This document shows positions 40,311-53,439 of a stretch of DNA of 64,000 bases, one piece after another. Below the pieces are notes generated by a model. That model did not search any database. It was not told the DNA's origin and was given only the letters and a program-made list of their open reading frames with translations. This stretch comes from Calcarisporiella thermophila CBS 279.70 (lineage: Eukaryota; Fungi; Calcarisporiellomycota). Position 1 is the stretch's first letter. Each line of letters starts with the position of its first letter. The stretch covers positions 33,194 through 97,193 of the forward strand of contig NW_027192202.1 in assembly GCF_041956535.1 (NCBI RefSeq). Reading direction: 5' to 3'. The translations under genes were made by a program, and so were the position numbers.

Positions 40311-41274
40311 TTTCAATATAAATCAAACAAATCCCAGACGAGGAAGAAAAAACAAGGAATTAAAAGGCGAATGGATACACAATCGAGCTGATGAATCCGA
40401 TGCTGAGAAGGACAGGCGGCGGTCGACGGTAAATGGAGGGGGGGTGATGACGAGGGAATAATTGGATTAAAAGCAAATTTGTGTTGTGGAGGGGGGAAGT
40501 ATGGACAAGTGGCGTGGCGTGGATGATGATGGCGGTGAAGAGGGGCGCAGTATTTCATCCCATTCGTTGTGATCCCAGAACAAATCTATTGTGCCAAGTG
40601 GACACGGAAGAGACCCCCATCCAAAAATAAATAAAAAAGGAATCCAGACTCTAGGGAAACACTGAGCTGCGAGTCAAGGGAGACACCATGTGGCTCCGGT
40701 TTCTCATCCCATCCCCTCCCCGTATTTCCCTTCCCTCCACGGCCCAACCCATCCTCCCAAGGGCATGCCACATATTCGTGGCGATGAGACTGGCTAATAT
40801 TTTACCCCATGCATAATGAAGGTTTAATAAATTATTTGGCCGGCACATAATCATGACCTCATCCAATCTTGTGCATTATCCGAATGCGATAGCACCCGTG
40901 GTTCCTCCTCTCCCCTTCCCCCCTCTCTTTAGCCTCCATCCGTTTTGACACTTGGTCTATTTTCTTATTTGCGGATATTTTTCCATTCCAAGCCCAAAGA
41001 TTGGGATTCCGATTTCCCCTCCTCTCTAGCATTAGCCTTATCTTAGTAGGTGGCCGTGTTCAATAGGGAAAAAAAAAGGCTAAGCATCGGGCAATCGCCA
41101 TGTATATCCAATTATTCCCATTATTGGCCCGATTGCATCATAGGTGAGCAAATGGGGAGTTAAGCTCGAGAATTTGGTCCAAAGATATTATATTATGGTT
41201 ATAAAGATTACAATCCGTTCAGTTCTGCTTGCTATAATGCGCATTTCTACTCAGCTAAATACAAAATACATATA

Positions 41275-41994
41275 TCAGGTAACATTGGTCATTGACAACT
41301 TAGTTTGCACCCATGCAAGCGGCACATCATCGTCCCCGGTATGATCTAGCTGCAGCGGCAGCAGTGGCACTGTGAACTCCGGCTGGCAGTCCTTACTAAG
41401 TTGTTCGGCGGATAGGACAAGCATCAGGGAAAGAGAAGGTATATGAGGGAGCGTGAGTTTAAACTCGTCCTCTTTGCTATCCTCGATGTCCTCCATTTTC
41501 TCCTCCGTGGTGGACACTAGGGATTCGCTCCCCTTGAACGTTAACACTGCTTTCGTGCGGGAGTAGGACGGTCGAAGGGCTCTTTGGTATTTGCGCAAGG
41601 GCCGGATAATGCGCTTTTCTACGTGCTCTTCTTCGCCCTGATCATCTTCTCCGTCTTCGGATACCGAGTCGCATAATACATTGTTGGGTTGCAGTTTGGC
41701 GAGGAAGAGCCGCAGAACCACGACCCGCTCGAGCGTCCAGCGGCGGCGGTCGCGCAGCTTGTAGAGCGTCTGATGATAAAGTTTTTGGTCATCCACTGCC
41801 CAGGAACGATGCAGCGGGAGTATCTGAGTGTCCGATGGAAGTGGGGAAAAGGGGAGTCGTCTCAAAGGATGCAGATGCTGGGATGGGGAATCTTGCGTTA
41901 CTTTTGAAGTATGGGATAAGCGTTTCAGTCTAGTGATGGCCTTGAGTGGGACGGCGATGCGTTTCCAGAAAGAAGAGGGTTTTTCAGCTGGCAT
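41275..41994 (-). CDS. Hypothetical protein, 239 aa, possible Zds_C/SERTA-like helix
   Basis: Intronless ATG-initiated ORF between AT-rich flanks; LYHQTLYKLRDRRRWTLERVVVLRLFL; DDDVPLA. Confidence 0.6.
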   Translation of the reverse strand: MPAEKPSSFWKRIAVPLKAITRLKRLSHTSKVTQDSPSQHLHPLRRLPFSPLPSDTQILPLHRSWAVDDQKLYHQTLYKLRDRRRWTLERVVVLRLFLAKLQPNNVLCDSVSEDGEDDQGEEEHVEKRIIRPLRKYQRALRPSYSRTKAVLTFKGSESLVSTTEEKMEDIEDSKEDEFKLTLPHIPSLSLMLVLSAEQLSKDCQPEFTVPLLPLQLDHTGDDDVPLAWVQTKLSMTNVT

Positions 41995-42587
41995 GGCTCA
42001 TGGGTACTAGTCAAAGAGAGAGGACGGGCGAGGGATATGGAACGAAGGTATGGAAGGCCAAAGATGAAATAAACAAAAGAGGCAACGAAGATGGAAGAAA
42101 AGACGAGGGGAAGAGGGAGGTGGGGAGAAGTCCAGCGCTGCAGGCCTAGTTCGGGAATATGTATGTATATTTCAGAAAAAAACGCGTTTTATTATCATTA
42201 TTTTTTGTAACTTGTTAAATGAAATTTTGTTTGTTTTTTTCTGCTTTTTATCTGGAGCCGTCCATTTTACCTAATGGAGCAGATCACTTAGTGGCAATGG
42301 GGGATTTCACGTCTGTGTACAACCTTTACATTGAGATCGAGATCGACGAAAATATCCAGAGCAAAGCTATGTAGTTGCCATTACAATTTTGTCTCTGCTC
42401 AATGTCATTACAATATCCAAATCGATGTTAGTGCATTTTATATTAATTAAAAGGGAAAAAAGTTTGCGCAAATAGAATGCAATAGGTTGAATATGGAATA
42501 TACTATACAGTCCACTCATTAAACAAAATGAGAAAACAATCAAGTAAATAAAATGATAAATTGAACAAAAAAAAATAACACTGGTTC

Positions 42588-43231
42588 TCATGGTTGTTGA
42601 AGTTCCCTAAGAAACGCCGTATCGGTTTCTTGTGTCCGCTCTCTATATTGCATGCCGGTGTTAATTTTCTCCTTGAAATTTCGTGAAGGCTAGCGATAAA
42701 AAAAAACACATTTAGAAAAGTCTTGCATAGGTATATAAGCAGGTGGTTGCCCAAGTTGCTTTTGCTCACCGATAGTTTCCACTTCCTAAACACCCATATC
42801 CCTATCGCCGCTGCCCCAATGACGCATCCAAGCGCAATTCCCGCTGTAACCAATTGGTTTCCACTTGTGTCCTCTTTTGGCTGCTGCTGCACTGTAGGCG
42901 CAATCGTAGCAGAGAGCAGGGGATCAGGAGATGGAACAACTGTAACATAGGATGTGATGGTTCCACTAGTCACTACATGTCGAGAAATCGCTTGCGTTGT
43001 TGCAGATGAGGATGCTGGTGGAGGTTTGCTAGTGGAAGAGGCTTTATTCTGGGCAGGTAATTGATTGGGATTGGTAGCAGTGGGAGCTGCTGGCTCGAAT
43101 GCATTGTTGGGTTTCTGCGGATTAGCTAATGGATCCTGTTTTGGTTCGAAGGGTTTGTTGTTCTCTGGCTGCTGTGGTTTCTCAATGTCTTTGAGTGGAG
43201 ATAAATTAATGTCAATTCCACGTCGCTTCAT
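42588..43231 (-). CDS. Single-pass membrane protein with Pro/Ser/Thr-rich N-terminus, 2 exons
   Basis: TM LVTAGIALGCVIGAAAIGIWVF then RKWKLS|PSRNFKEKI..DTAFLRELQQP; GT..AG intron restores frame; an additional 5' exon is not excluded. Confidence 0.7.
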
Positions 43232-43948
43232 GTTGAATTAGTGATTGCAGAGTACGTGATGAAATTGCCCAATGAACAGAACAAAATTATTAGTGCAAGA
43301 ATATTCAATTACACTCGCGCAATTTGGACGTGTGCAGGTAGGTAACGGTGGGATGGAGGGGATGAAGAGCGATAAATGTGAACAAATAAAAAAAAAGAAC
43401 AGAGCAGAAATGAATACTGATGCCGATATTGGAACACTAGAATTAATAAAGATGGCTTCTATATATTATTTTTAAGATATTTTTATAATCCCCCCTTTTT
43501 AAGCTCTTTCAATTAATGGGACGCGATCTAATTTGCTAAGTAGCAAAATTGGAAAAAATGAAATCCTATTGATTATACAAGAAAGGATGAATAGTAGAAC
43601 ACGTCAATAGAAAACGTAACCAAATCGCGACTCCCAAAATAATTCTCACTACCTCCCGATATTGCCAACCCTCTGTCGCTTTAAAATTGTCACTTTCGAG
43701 AACAAGTTGCTCATGGAATATTAATAGCCATTTTTTTTTTAAAAAAATATATAGTGGAAGGTGTATAGCTATGCGGCAGAGAGACAAATATAAACGTATT
43801 TCAACAACAAATTAGAGCATTATGGTGGTTTTGGGTTAAATAATCGCTTAAAATAAAAAGCCATCCTTGTCCTATTTATGGTGTTCAAAGCACATCCATC
43901 TTTTAACAAATTCCGATATCTAGAGTGTTTTTTTTTATGTTGGAATCG

Positions 43949-44568
43949 TTAATCCAAGGGCATTTTATCCTCGCTCAACTGCTGCGATTTTTCATTGTCC
44001 ACCTTCACACCCTCGGTCTCCAGTAACATCTGCTTGCTTAGAGTTTTCAGTTCGTTCACTCGCCCGTGGTTGAGCATCTCGTTGGCCTGTTGAAATATTT
44101 GCCTGCCCCAGTCATCTTCGTAGGTGTTGGCCTCCTCAATAACCTCCTTCAACTCCTCCTGCAATTGCCCCTCAGCGGCGAGGAGCTCCTGCCATAGTCC
44201 ATCTCCCACTGCTCCTGACTTCACAAGTTGACTGAGCGCTTCTTTATCTCCACCAATTTGGACAAGCCGCCATAAATCTGCTTCGGCGCGTCGTAGTAGG
44301 GCGCTTTTAAGATGAAGAACAGGCACATCTGGAATATTGAGCAGAGAAACATATTCATCTCGTGTATAATGAGGACCAAACCAAGGCTCTTGAGAATCAT
44401 CTTCATTATAAAGGGAGATTTATAGGTCATGGTCCGATTCTAGATTAGCATAGAAACATAGAAACGTGCATTACCTATTTTTCGCCTACGCCAGAAAAAG
44501 GAGAAGAGTGCCATAGCACCCACCCATCCCGCAAGATAGAAGACCGGCAATTCAAGTGATGAAAACAT
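43949..44568 (-). CDS. SEC66: Translocation complex subunit Sec66/Sec71, 2 exons
   Basis: N-terminal TM, EPWFGPH, LKSALLRRA, DKEALSQLVKSGAVGDGLW, EEANTYEDDWGRQIFQQANEM. Confidence 0.85.
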
Positions 44569-45213
44569 TGGAGTTTTTCATTTGGGAAGCGCTAGAGGGA
44601 AAAATGACATTAATAGGCAGGCTAACCCTGGAATATAATCTATTTTCGGACATTGAAATCCCAAGATCATGATCGGTTTAATACTGACTATATATATGGA
44701 GGCTCTCCAAATAAAAAGGCAGAGCATCTCTCTCATGCTCCCACCTACGTGAACCTCCACAAATAGCCGCAATTTCATCAGGCTAAGAATGAATAAGGCA
44801 TTATTAGATAATCATCGCGTTTTATCGAAAAAGCTCAAGGTTAGCCATATACAGCTACTTTTAGAAAAGTCATACTAAAAAGCTATCTTTACTACTGACA
44901 ATGGGCATTGTATCCAATAGATACTTACAGAATGATATAAACCATATAAAATAAAGTATGTGGATGAGATAGAATTGTTAACGCTAGAAGTGAAAGTCAA
45001 TAGAGCTATTAAATTAGAAAAAAAAAAGGGAAAAAACATTTGAAATATTCTAGCTTTATGATCCATTGGTAAAGTGGTTTAGGAATCGAGGATTCCAGGA
45101 ATGATGAGCAACGCATTAGGCTATGTGGGCTAGAAAAAAAAACTGGGAGGGCATATGAAATAGTAATAAAAAAGTATAAGGGTAAATAAGTGTTTGCAGA
45201 TTTCAACTCTGAG

Positions 45214-48007
45214 TCAAGGCCCGGTTTTTCCTTGGCGAGTATTAACGATGCTGCGCAACATGTGTCCTAGCTGTTGCAAAGCTGATCGATTGATCATCTT
45301 GGGAGGTTTAGAGCTCTCCGTGGTAGTGGTCTCGTTGATTTTAGAGGCATTCGACGAGTCGAATGCTGTATGCAGTGGCTGGCGAGCTAAATGGTATTGC
45401 TCATTGAGTGGTTTCTCCAGAGGAGCTAGGCCACATTCTTTTGCAAGAGCCCGGCGGCCACTTCCAGCATACTCTTCAGCAACCGTAGGTGTGCTGCACA
45501 CATTACCCCACCGATCACACGGGGTCCAAGACCTGACAGAGTATCTTCTACGTGCACGAGTGTTTGCCGTCCCCCCCACTTTTTTCCACTCATTCCCGGG
45601 CTCCTCGACGGCATAGTTGCCCGTCTCACGTAGGCTGGTGGAGGGAGTCGAAAGTCGCTTATTCGTTGCTCCATGGGTATTCAAGTCGCGTTCATTTCCT
45701 CCGTCATTTGCAGTCCCGCCTCCTCCAAGTGTGATTCCGGTCACCAAACCACAGCCAGCTCCGATTCCCGACATTCCCATCATTGGCCCGTTAAATACGG
45801 AAATCGACGCAGACGATGACGCGGTTGATCGGCGGCGGCGGTGCTGATTCGGGTAAGTATAATTTGAAGGGTTGAGGGCCGAGTTGGTGCAAGAAGCATG
45901 GCGTCGATGCTGAGGCTTTTTCGGCTGAGGCTGGGTGGTGGACGAATTCATAACGCAAGAAGCGCGTCTTCGACTCCGGCTTGTCTGTGCAGAACCATTG
46001 GCGACAGCTGCAGTACTAAAGGATTGATCACTATTGCCATAGAAGCTGGCGGAAGATGTTGGAGATTGTGGTTGCCACCAGCTGCACCAGTTGCGCCAAG
46101 TAGGCGGTGGAGGAGCAAATGGTCGCTTTTCGTAAGCATACGCTCCCACCCCCACGACACAATTGCCTGTCACATCCTGGTGCTCAAGTGTCGACCATTG
46201 TCGATGCCGGGGGAGACGTTGAGGTCGATGGTGAGACGAGAGCCGCTGACGCTGGGAGGAGGGTGGGGACGAAACTGTGGCCTCGTTAAACTGCTTCCCT
46301 TTATCTTTCACATTATTTAGAGATGATCGCTTCCAGAACTTCATGCGCCGGCCGTAATGTGGGCGAGGTGGGCGCGCATTCTTCGGCACAACTAGCAGTT
46401 CGGGCTTCAAAGTTGCCTCTTGGACCGCTTTAGCTGGCTGCTCTTGAGAGTTCTCATCCCCCCCTCGCTTTTCCCCTTCGTCAGTGGCAAACCCGCTATC
46501 GTCATCGCTACGAAGCGCCGATGTTTGCACCCTGTTTTCATCCCTATGGCCCTTGTCTTGTGCCAATGGGGAGGATGCACCCAGTTTGTTCCCCAAACCA
46601 GCTTCATCCTCAAAAATGATCGGCTTGGAAAAATCCATTTTCCCGGTCGCTTGGGGGCTGCTATCAATGTCATCTGACCATGAGGGATGATGACCCCTGA
46701 TGCTGGGCACAGGAGTCTTCGGGGGAGTCATCGGTTGTGGAGTCTTCTCGCGCTTGGCGCGTGGCGATCCCGCCTTGTGGTGGGTTCGTCTGCCAGAAAG
46801 GGTGAGTGTCAGCGCACCCAAGCCAAACAGCCCCTTTCTGCGTTCCTTTTCCGCCGATTTCTCTAAAGTTGGAGAGAACTCCATCACCCACTCGTCGTCC
46901 TCCAATTCCTTTAGGGGATCCATCATCATCTCTACCAAGTCTTCGCACCATCGCTTCCATTCACCAAGCCGAATTCTTTTCATCTCTCCCCCTACAGGGC
47001 AGAAAACCCTCTTGCTCAGAAAACGTGCCATGCGCACGGGCATTCCCTCAAATTGGCTGAGGAGATAGTCGGCTCCAAGGCGCTGGAAGGCGGCATACGA
47101 TGCGCAAGACTCGGGGTGTGGGTCAGCCCAGGGCGAACGATGCCAGAGGAGATTAATCAGGATGACGCCGAGGGACCAGATATCGGCCTGGAAGGGGTCG
47201 TAAGCATCGCCCGCGTCAGGGTTCCGGCACTCTAGGGATAACTTGAGGTAAGCTCAAATGAATTTATAAAATTGAACACCCTTCAATACCATAGCTCATG
47301 TAGGGCCTACTGCCACAGTCAAAATCGATACAGATCTCTTCGGAGGTTGCTAGTCCAAAGTCCGTCAGCAGCACATTATTCTGTCCGTCGATCAGAAAAT
47401 TTTCAGGCTTCAAATCTCTATGCGCGACCTTCCTTTCATGGATCACCGCCACGGAGTCGAGGCATTGGTCGAAGATTTTTGCCACTAGCGCGTAGCGCTC
47501 ACGCTCTGACAGGCGCCGACCTGTCGCCTGATCGTAATGGTCCTGATTCTGTGTTATAAACCAGTAGAGGTCACGGCCATTGCAATATTCCAGCAGGAGG
47601 AAGAGCCACTGATCACGCCCAAAATAGTCATGAAAAGAAACCAGACGAGGGTGTTTGGGAAGCATTTTGTGAATAACAACCTGATCAACAGAGGCAACCA
47701 AGGTCAGTTGAAATGGTCCGTTTCCCAATCGGAGGAAGGGGGAGTATTCTACCTCATTCAGTTGAATCCGCAGCTGCTCCTCCGTCAAGGCCGCCGTCGA
47801 CAGGCATTTAATCGTATAGATCTGGCCACTGGTCTTGTCGCGCGCCTTGTACACCATCGCGTAGGATCCTTGTCCGAGTGGGGCGAGAAGGTGCAAGGAG
47901 TATTTGAAGTCCATGTCCTCAATCACCTCGCCCACTTGAAATGGAAGCCACACTTCAGCTTGCTGCTGTTGCGGCGAGAGGTCGGTGCTGGAGGCTGAAC
48001 TGGTCAT
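45214..48007 (-). CDS. Ser/Thr protein kinase, Ran1/Pat1-Sks1/Ksp1-like, with long low-complexity tail, 3 exons
   Basis: LGQGSYAMVY, TIKCL, LEYCNGRDLY, HRDLKPENFL, LTDFGLAT, DCGSRPYMSYECRN, DIWSLGVILINL..SPW. Confidence 0.9.
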
Positions 48008-49111
48008 TTTGGGGGGAAAGCGTGTTCGAGAGGGAGGCGGCCAGATAAGAGGATAGAATGCGGATTAACCAAGTGAAACACCCACAAAAAGCTTATGGGT
48101 GAAGAGTAGTGAATAGGGGGGGAAAGGGGAGAGACAAAGTATAGGAATCACTTCAAAAAGAAAAGCGAGAAAGGTGCAATGGTGGAAGAGTTACAATTGC
48201 ATAGTTGGGTCATAAAAAAGTAGATAATTAACAAGAGAATTTGGCAATTATTGGCAAATGGTCTTGGTAAACTAAAAAGGCAAACGCATTGGCTGGGATG
48301 GAAAAAATAATCTTCAAGAATCAGAGAGTGCTAATCAAGAAAATCATTCAGCGGTCTGTGGAATTGTAGAGCTAACGTATAGGGTGCATACCTCGTTTAC
48401 GCCAAGCAACGCGCGTAAGAGAACATAATACGGAAGAGAGGAGAAGATAAAATTAAGGAGAGATGCTGACGAGTGAATATGAATCTTTTTCAAAACGAAA
48501 AAGAGCAGCACTCCCTTCCTCAGGCACGTCCTCCGTGCGCTAATGACAATGAATTCAAGAGATACCCCCCCCCCTTCGAATTACTCGAATAACCAATGCT
48601 AAAAGAAAGAGCAACAAAATTAAAAGAAGAATGCAAAACAAGGCGCCATTTAAAGACGCGAAAGCACTCTGGGGATATATATAATGAGAGAAGAGAGAAA
48701 AAAACCTCTGCTTCTTTTTTGGGCCATTTGCTTGGTAAACCGCTCGAAATAAATCATTCAGAAAAGAAATCCCAGACATGAATAGGGGGAAGGTCCTGAG
48801 CGACTTACCTCTCTAGTGCGGAAGAAAATAAATCAAAACGGGCAAGCGCGCGACCGGGATAGGGGCTGGAGGGATGGCGATGCTCAGGTTGAAAAATGCT
48901 AAACAATGATTTCCATGTCCAACTCACCAGGCTTCAATATTACACGCGGCATGGAAATGAACGGAGTCGGATTTGGTTAGAACCCAATTGAAATAAGGTT
49001 TTCTGAACTGGATCTTGGTGTAAATGGGTTAATTAAGGGCATTAAACTTTATTATGGTAATAGTAAAAAAATTAGGACGAATGTAAGCAAAGCAAAAGAG
49101 GAAAAGACACA

Positions 49112-50947
49112 TTAACAGCACATTAGCCACGACATCACCTGCCTGTCGCCCCATTGCTCCTGCATCACCTCCTGCTTCTTCCGCTCCAGCTCGCTCTCGC
49201 ACGCCGCCCTATCAAGCGCAGCCATAATTGCCTGCTCCAGCGCCTGCCGATCATGCATGCCGACGACTGCACTGGCAAGGCTCTCGCGCAATGATTTGAG
49301 CAACGGGGCAATCTGATCAACAGTATAACCGCCCTCCGCCGTGTGTCCTCTTTGCTCCGTGACGCCATTACCAGCCTCCGGCGTGCCCTCCTCTGGCGCA
49401 GCCTGAGCGCTCGCCTCTCCGCCTTTCTTGGAGGCTTCCGTCTCCTCCGCCGCGCCCTTCTCCTGCGCCGCCTCCTTCCGCTTCTCCTTCGCCTCCTTTT
49501 GTGCTTGCTCCGCCTCTCGTTTCTTCTCGCTCCATCGGTCCACGCGCTTGGCCTTCTCGGAGCCCACGACACGAACCACCCGCGGAGTGTTCTCGAAGAT
49601 GGCTCGCAGGTCCGCCACCTTCTGAGCCCGATGCACGGTCCCGACGTTGACCGAGGCCTTGGCCGGGTTATTCGACGTCGTCTCCACCATGCTGGTGGGC
49701 CGTGGCCGCTCTCCCATCATCATCATCATCTGGGAGTCGTCGCGCCGCTTGTAGCACCTCGGGTAGAAGTCGGGCGACGGCAAGGAATCGTCGCTGTCGC
49801 TGCAGCTGGGCGTTAGGATCTCGTCGGGTGGCTCGATGACGAAGACGGGAACCGACATGCGCCTGTTCAGCTCGTCGCTCTTCTTCATGATGGAGCAGTT
49901 TCTGTCCACCATGGAGGAGGTCGAGGACGCCGGCGACGAGGACAGCACGTTCTCGGGCTCCATCGTGCGGAGGCGGTTGGGCGTGAGCGTCACGCGCTTC
50001 GTGATGCCGCTCTCCACCACCCGGTCAAAGTTGAGCATGCGCGGATCCTTCCTCGACGACGAGCGGGAGGACTTTTTGAAGGTGCGGATGCGCGAGATGA
50101 AATTGAAGATGCCCGCCGCAGACGACGAGCTCAGCGTGGAGCGGAAGCTGCTCTGGCTGGAGAAACTACGCCGGCTCGCCATGGGGGATTTGCTGGAGGT
50201 GGCCAGGGAGGAGAGCGAGGGCGAGCGGTCGAGGAAGATGTCGACCGTCTCGTGGATCTCATCCAGCTGGGGCTGGTCGAGGTCGTCGGAGTCGCACGCC
50301 AGTTTCTTCTAGAGAAGGAGAGAAGGAGAAGGAAATCGGCGTCAGAGCCAGCCTGGAACAAGACACACTGGTACACAAGTAGCCACCTCGATCGCCTGCT
50401 TCACCCGCGTCCGCTCGAAGAACTCGCCCACCTCGCGGTCGCCGCGAAGCGCGTCATACACGTCTCGCGCCCGCACCCATTCTCCCTCCTCGACCCCGTC
50501 GGCCACCGCGCCAACCACATAGTCCGCCAGACACTCCACTATCGTCCCGAGATACCCGATGTATCCGGGGACGCGGCCCTTTCCTTTCCCCGCGCACCAT
50601 GTTCTCACCACGCGCTCGGCATCCTCCACCGATAGCATGGGCTCCACGGGGCATCCGTGCTCGACCCATGTTTTCCATTCGAGTTCTGCTTCGACTATCG
50701 CGCGGCGCCCCAAGTCGTTCGGCAGCAGGCGAGTAGTCACTTGCTTGAAGCGGGCATGCGAGGGATGGGCGGAAGTTAGAAGGGAATGAAGAAATTCGTC
50801 GAGGAAGGTGTTCACCGCCCGAAGAGCATCGCTTGTGAAATTGAGCCCCGGAGCGGCTGGGAGTATTAGTTCTACATGCGAAATGAGGGATTTGGTTACT
50901 GCTAGCTAGCACAAGGTCGCCGGCCTCGGTTAGGGCTTACCTGTCAT
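49112..50947 (-). CDS. Uncharacterised protein (~562 aa) with N-terminal H2B-like plus H2A-like histone folds; exons 50947-50941, 50871-50387, 50308-49112
   Basis: Splicing restores a single frame; FTSDALRAVNTFLDEFL..RLLPNDLGRRAIVEA (H2B-like); YLGTIVECLADYVV..ARDVYDALRGDREVGEFF (H2A-like). Confidence 0.72.
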
Positions 50948-51985
50948 CGACAGTGTGTTTAAGGAATGAAGTACGAAAGCTTAATGAGCGTAATGGATAG
51001 TATTATTTACTTGAATGAAAGGATTGAAAAAAAAAAAATTCAAAGAGGTCGTTCATTGTGTCTCTATATGTTGCACGGAACCTGTTTTATTTAATCAAGT
51101 TTCAGCTTTTTTTTCCGTTTATATGTAATAAGTTGATTTATTGTTAGCGTAAATTAAAGTTTGTCTCATTAGTGATTGCAAAATGGGATCCCGTGGTAAA
51201 CCTTGAGGGTCTCGCCCCCTAGCACGGAGGCGGGGGGGGAGCGCGGGGGGGAGGCGAGGCCAGAGGGCTCCCTCCGGCTAACGAGTTTGGGGCCTTGTTG
51301 CTTGACGCCTCGACTCTGATGAGGGCCTCCAACTCAATCCCCATTCTCCCATTCCGCGAGCCGACGTCCTCACAAGCTGATTAGCTTATCGCCGCTTTGT
51401 CTCTCCGAAGGGGGTTAATAGAATAATCAACGGAAGGATTCGTGCCACAAGGAGTTTTGGGGAGAAAAATCATAGGAGGCCCATCACTTTTATATAGCAA
51501 CCCGCAAATCGACGCAATTTTTTCCCTCTTGTGCCTCCCTCAACTCGTTTTTTACGCGTAAAACAAAAAAGTCATGACGCGTATCCATCTATGGAACCGT
51601 GGCGCGTTATTCCGCGTCAATTCGATAAGCCCTACTTTTATTTTCCAAAACAACTTTTTCCACCCCCCCCCTCTCCTCTCTACAACCCTCCAATTCGCCC
51701 CCTTTCCCCAACCCCCTCTACATTTTAAACAAAACCATTGGATTCGCACGACGCGAGTTTACTCATCATTGCCGCCCGTGCGCCCGTGTTTATCCTCATT
51801 ATCAAGGAAAAAACTCTATTTTCCTTGGGAGTGCTTATTTTAGCTGCTAAGTATCATTGTCATTGAGACACTAACGACCAGCGGAAGAGTGTTCCCATTC
51901 TAGCCCTACCTGCGGACACTTTTTTTTTCTATTCCATTTGTATAGCTTTAGACTCTTTGTATCTCGGTAAAAGCGATTACTCAAC

Positions 51986-53439
51986 ATGCCGATCTTGGGT
52001 TTTATACCCGGTCCAAATCTTAAACCGAGGCAGCGCATCATCCACGTACACAATCGCGCGCTTCGGAAATGCTGTGGGTGCATCCATTTGCGTGCCGGCG
52101 GTTTGGTTACGTGTCTCATATGGCTGGTATTGACTTGAACTGTCCTTTTTTAACTCGAGAAGGCATCTACAAATCTATGATTGCTATATTACAGGGATTC
52201 AGCATTTGGTTTGCGACGCTGGCGTTCATGGGGATTAGCCGTAAATATAAATGGATACGGATAGTCTACATCCAATCGTGATCAATAACCTCCGCGTTGC
52301 TTTATAGCCTTCTACTCCTACTTGAATCCAACTGCGCTGAACTTCTTCGGGGCCGTCTGCATAGCGTTCGCTTTCGTGTGCTTGTTCGGTTTTTTAACCA
52401 TTTTCATCGTAAGGAGAAGCTCTACTGCACTCTGGGCGCTATACGGCGCTCTTTTTCTCTTCTCCTAATCAACCTACTATCCTTTAGGCACACGCAAAGC
52501 TTGTGCGAACTTTCTCCCACCTCTCTTGGACCATGGTGGCCATTTTTACCCTCGACAACCTCATTAACATTGGCATTTTTGCGGATCGAAAGCGAGAGTA
52601 TATCTCGTGGTGCATGGGCGTCTCGTCACGCAATTTCGACAACATCCAAGCGCAACTTGCCAATGGAACCACAATTGCGATCAGCTTCAACACGCAGACC
52701 GACATCTTCAACTGTAATCGCATGTTTGGCGATGAGCTGAAATTTGGCCTCCTCTCCTTCTTCATCTTCATGTTGCTCTACGTAAGCATGGCCTGCTCTA
52801 TATTTTTTACGGGTTGATCCCAGTTTAGCGCACCCCGGATTTCCTAACTGGCTCCCATTTTTGCACTCTGGCTTTCTTCTCTAGTTCTATTGGGCGGCAT
52901 GTATCTGGTCCTATAGTCACAAGCGTCAACTTTGGTTCCTACATGAACTAGCCACCGCAGTTCCGCCGCCGCCTCCGCCCCCACCGGCTAACCCTCCTGC
53001 GCCGGCTCCCGCCGCCGCTGCTGCTGCCGCCACTGTGCCCCCACCTGCTCCCGCCGTCCCCCCGCCAGGCCAACCAGCTGCGATCCAGATACAGCTTCCG
53101 CCGATGGGAATGGGTGGCATGATGCCGGGAATGATGCCCCAACCGGGATTCGCTCCCGGGATGCCATTCATGATGCACAAGGTTTCCAAAAAGCAATCCG
53201 GTCACAAGCGTAGGTTCTCCTTCTCGGGGGTGCGGCTAAATCAGCTGGGGGAGGTGGTGGAGACCCACGGCAAGGGCGAAAAACGCGAGAACAAGAGGGC
53301 CTCCGCCCCTCCCGGAACGCTTAAGGATGAGGATGAGGAGGAGCTGATCGGGCTGAATATGGTAGAAATACCAAAGAAGGCCGCTCTTAAAGAGAAAAAG
53401 GTGCGATTCTTAAAGGGGATGGAGACGAGATCCTATTAG
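51986..53439 (+). CDS. Four-TM membrane protein (CCGCIHLR N-terminal motif) with Pro-rich cytosolic tail, ~5 exons
   Basis: LRKCCGCIHLRAGGLVTCLIWL|GFSIWFATLAF..|PFYSYL..FGFLTIFI|..YISWC..FNCNRMF..FMLLY|FYWAACIWSY; poly-Pro tail. Confidence 0.7.
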
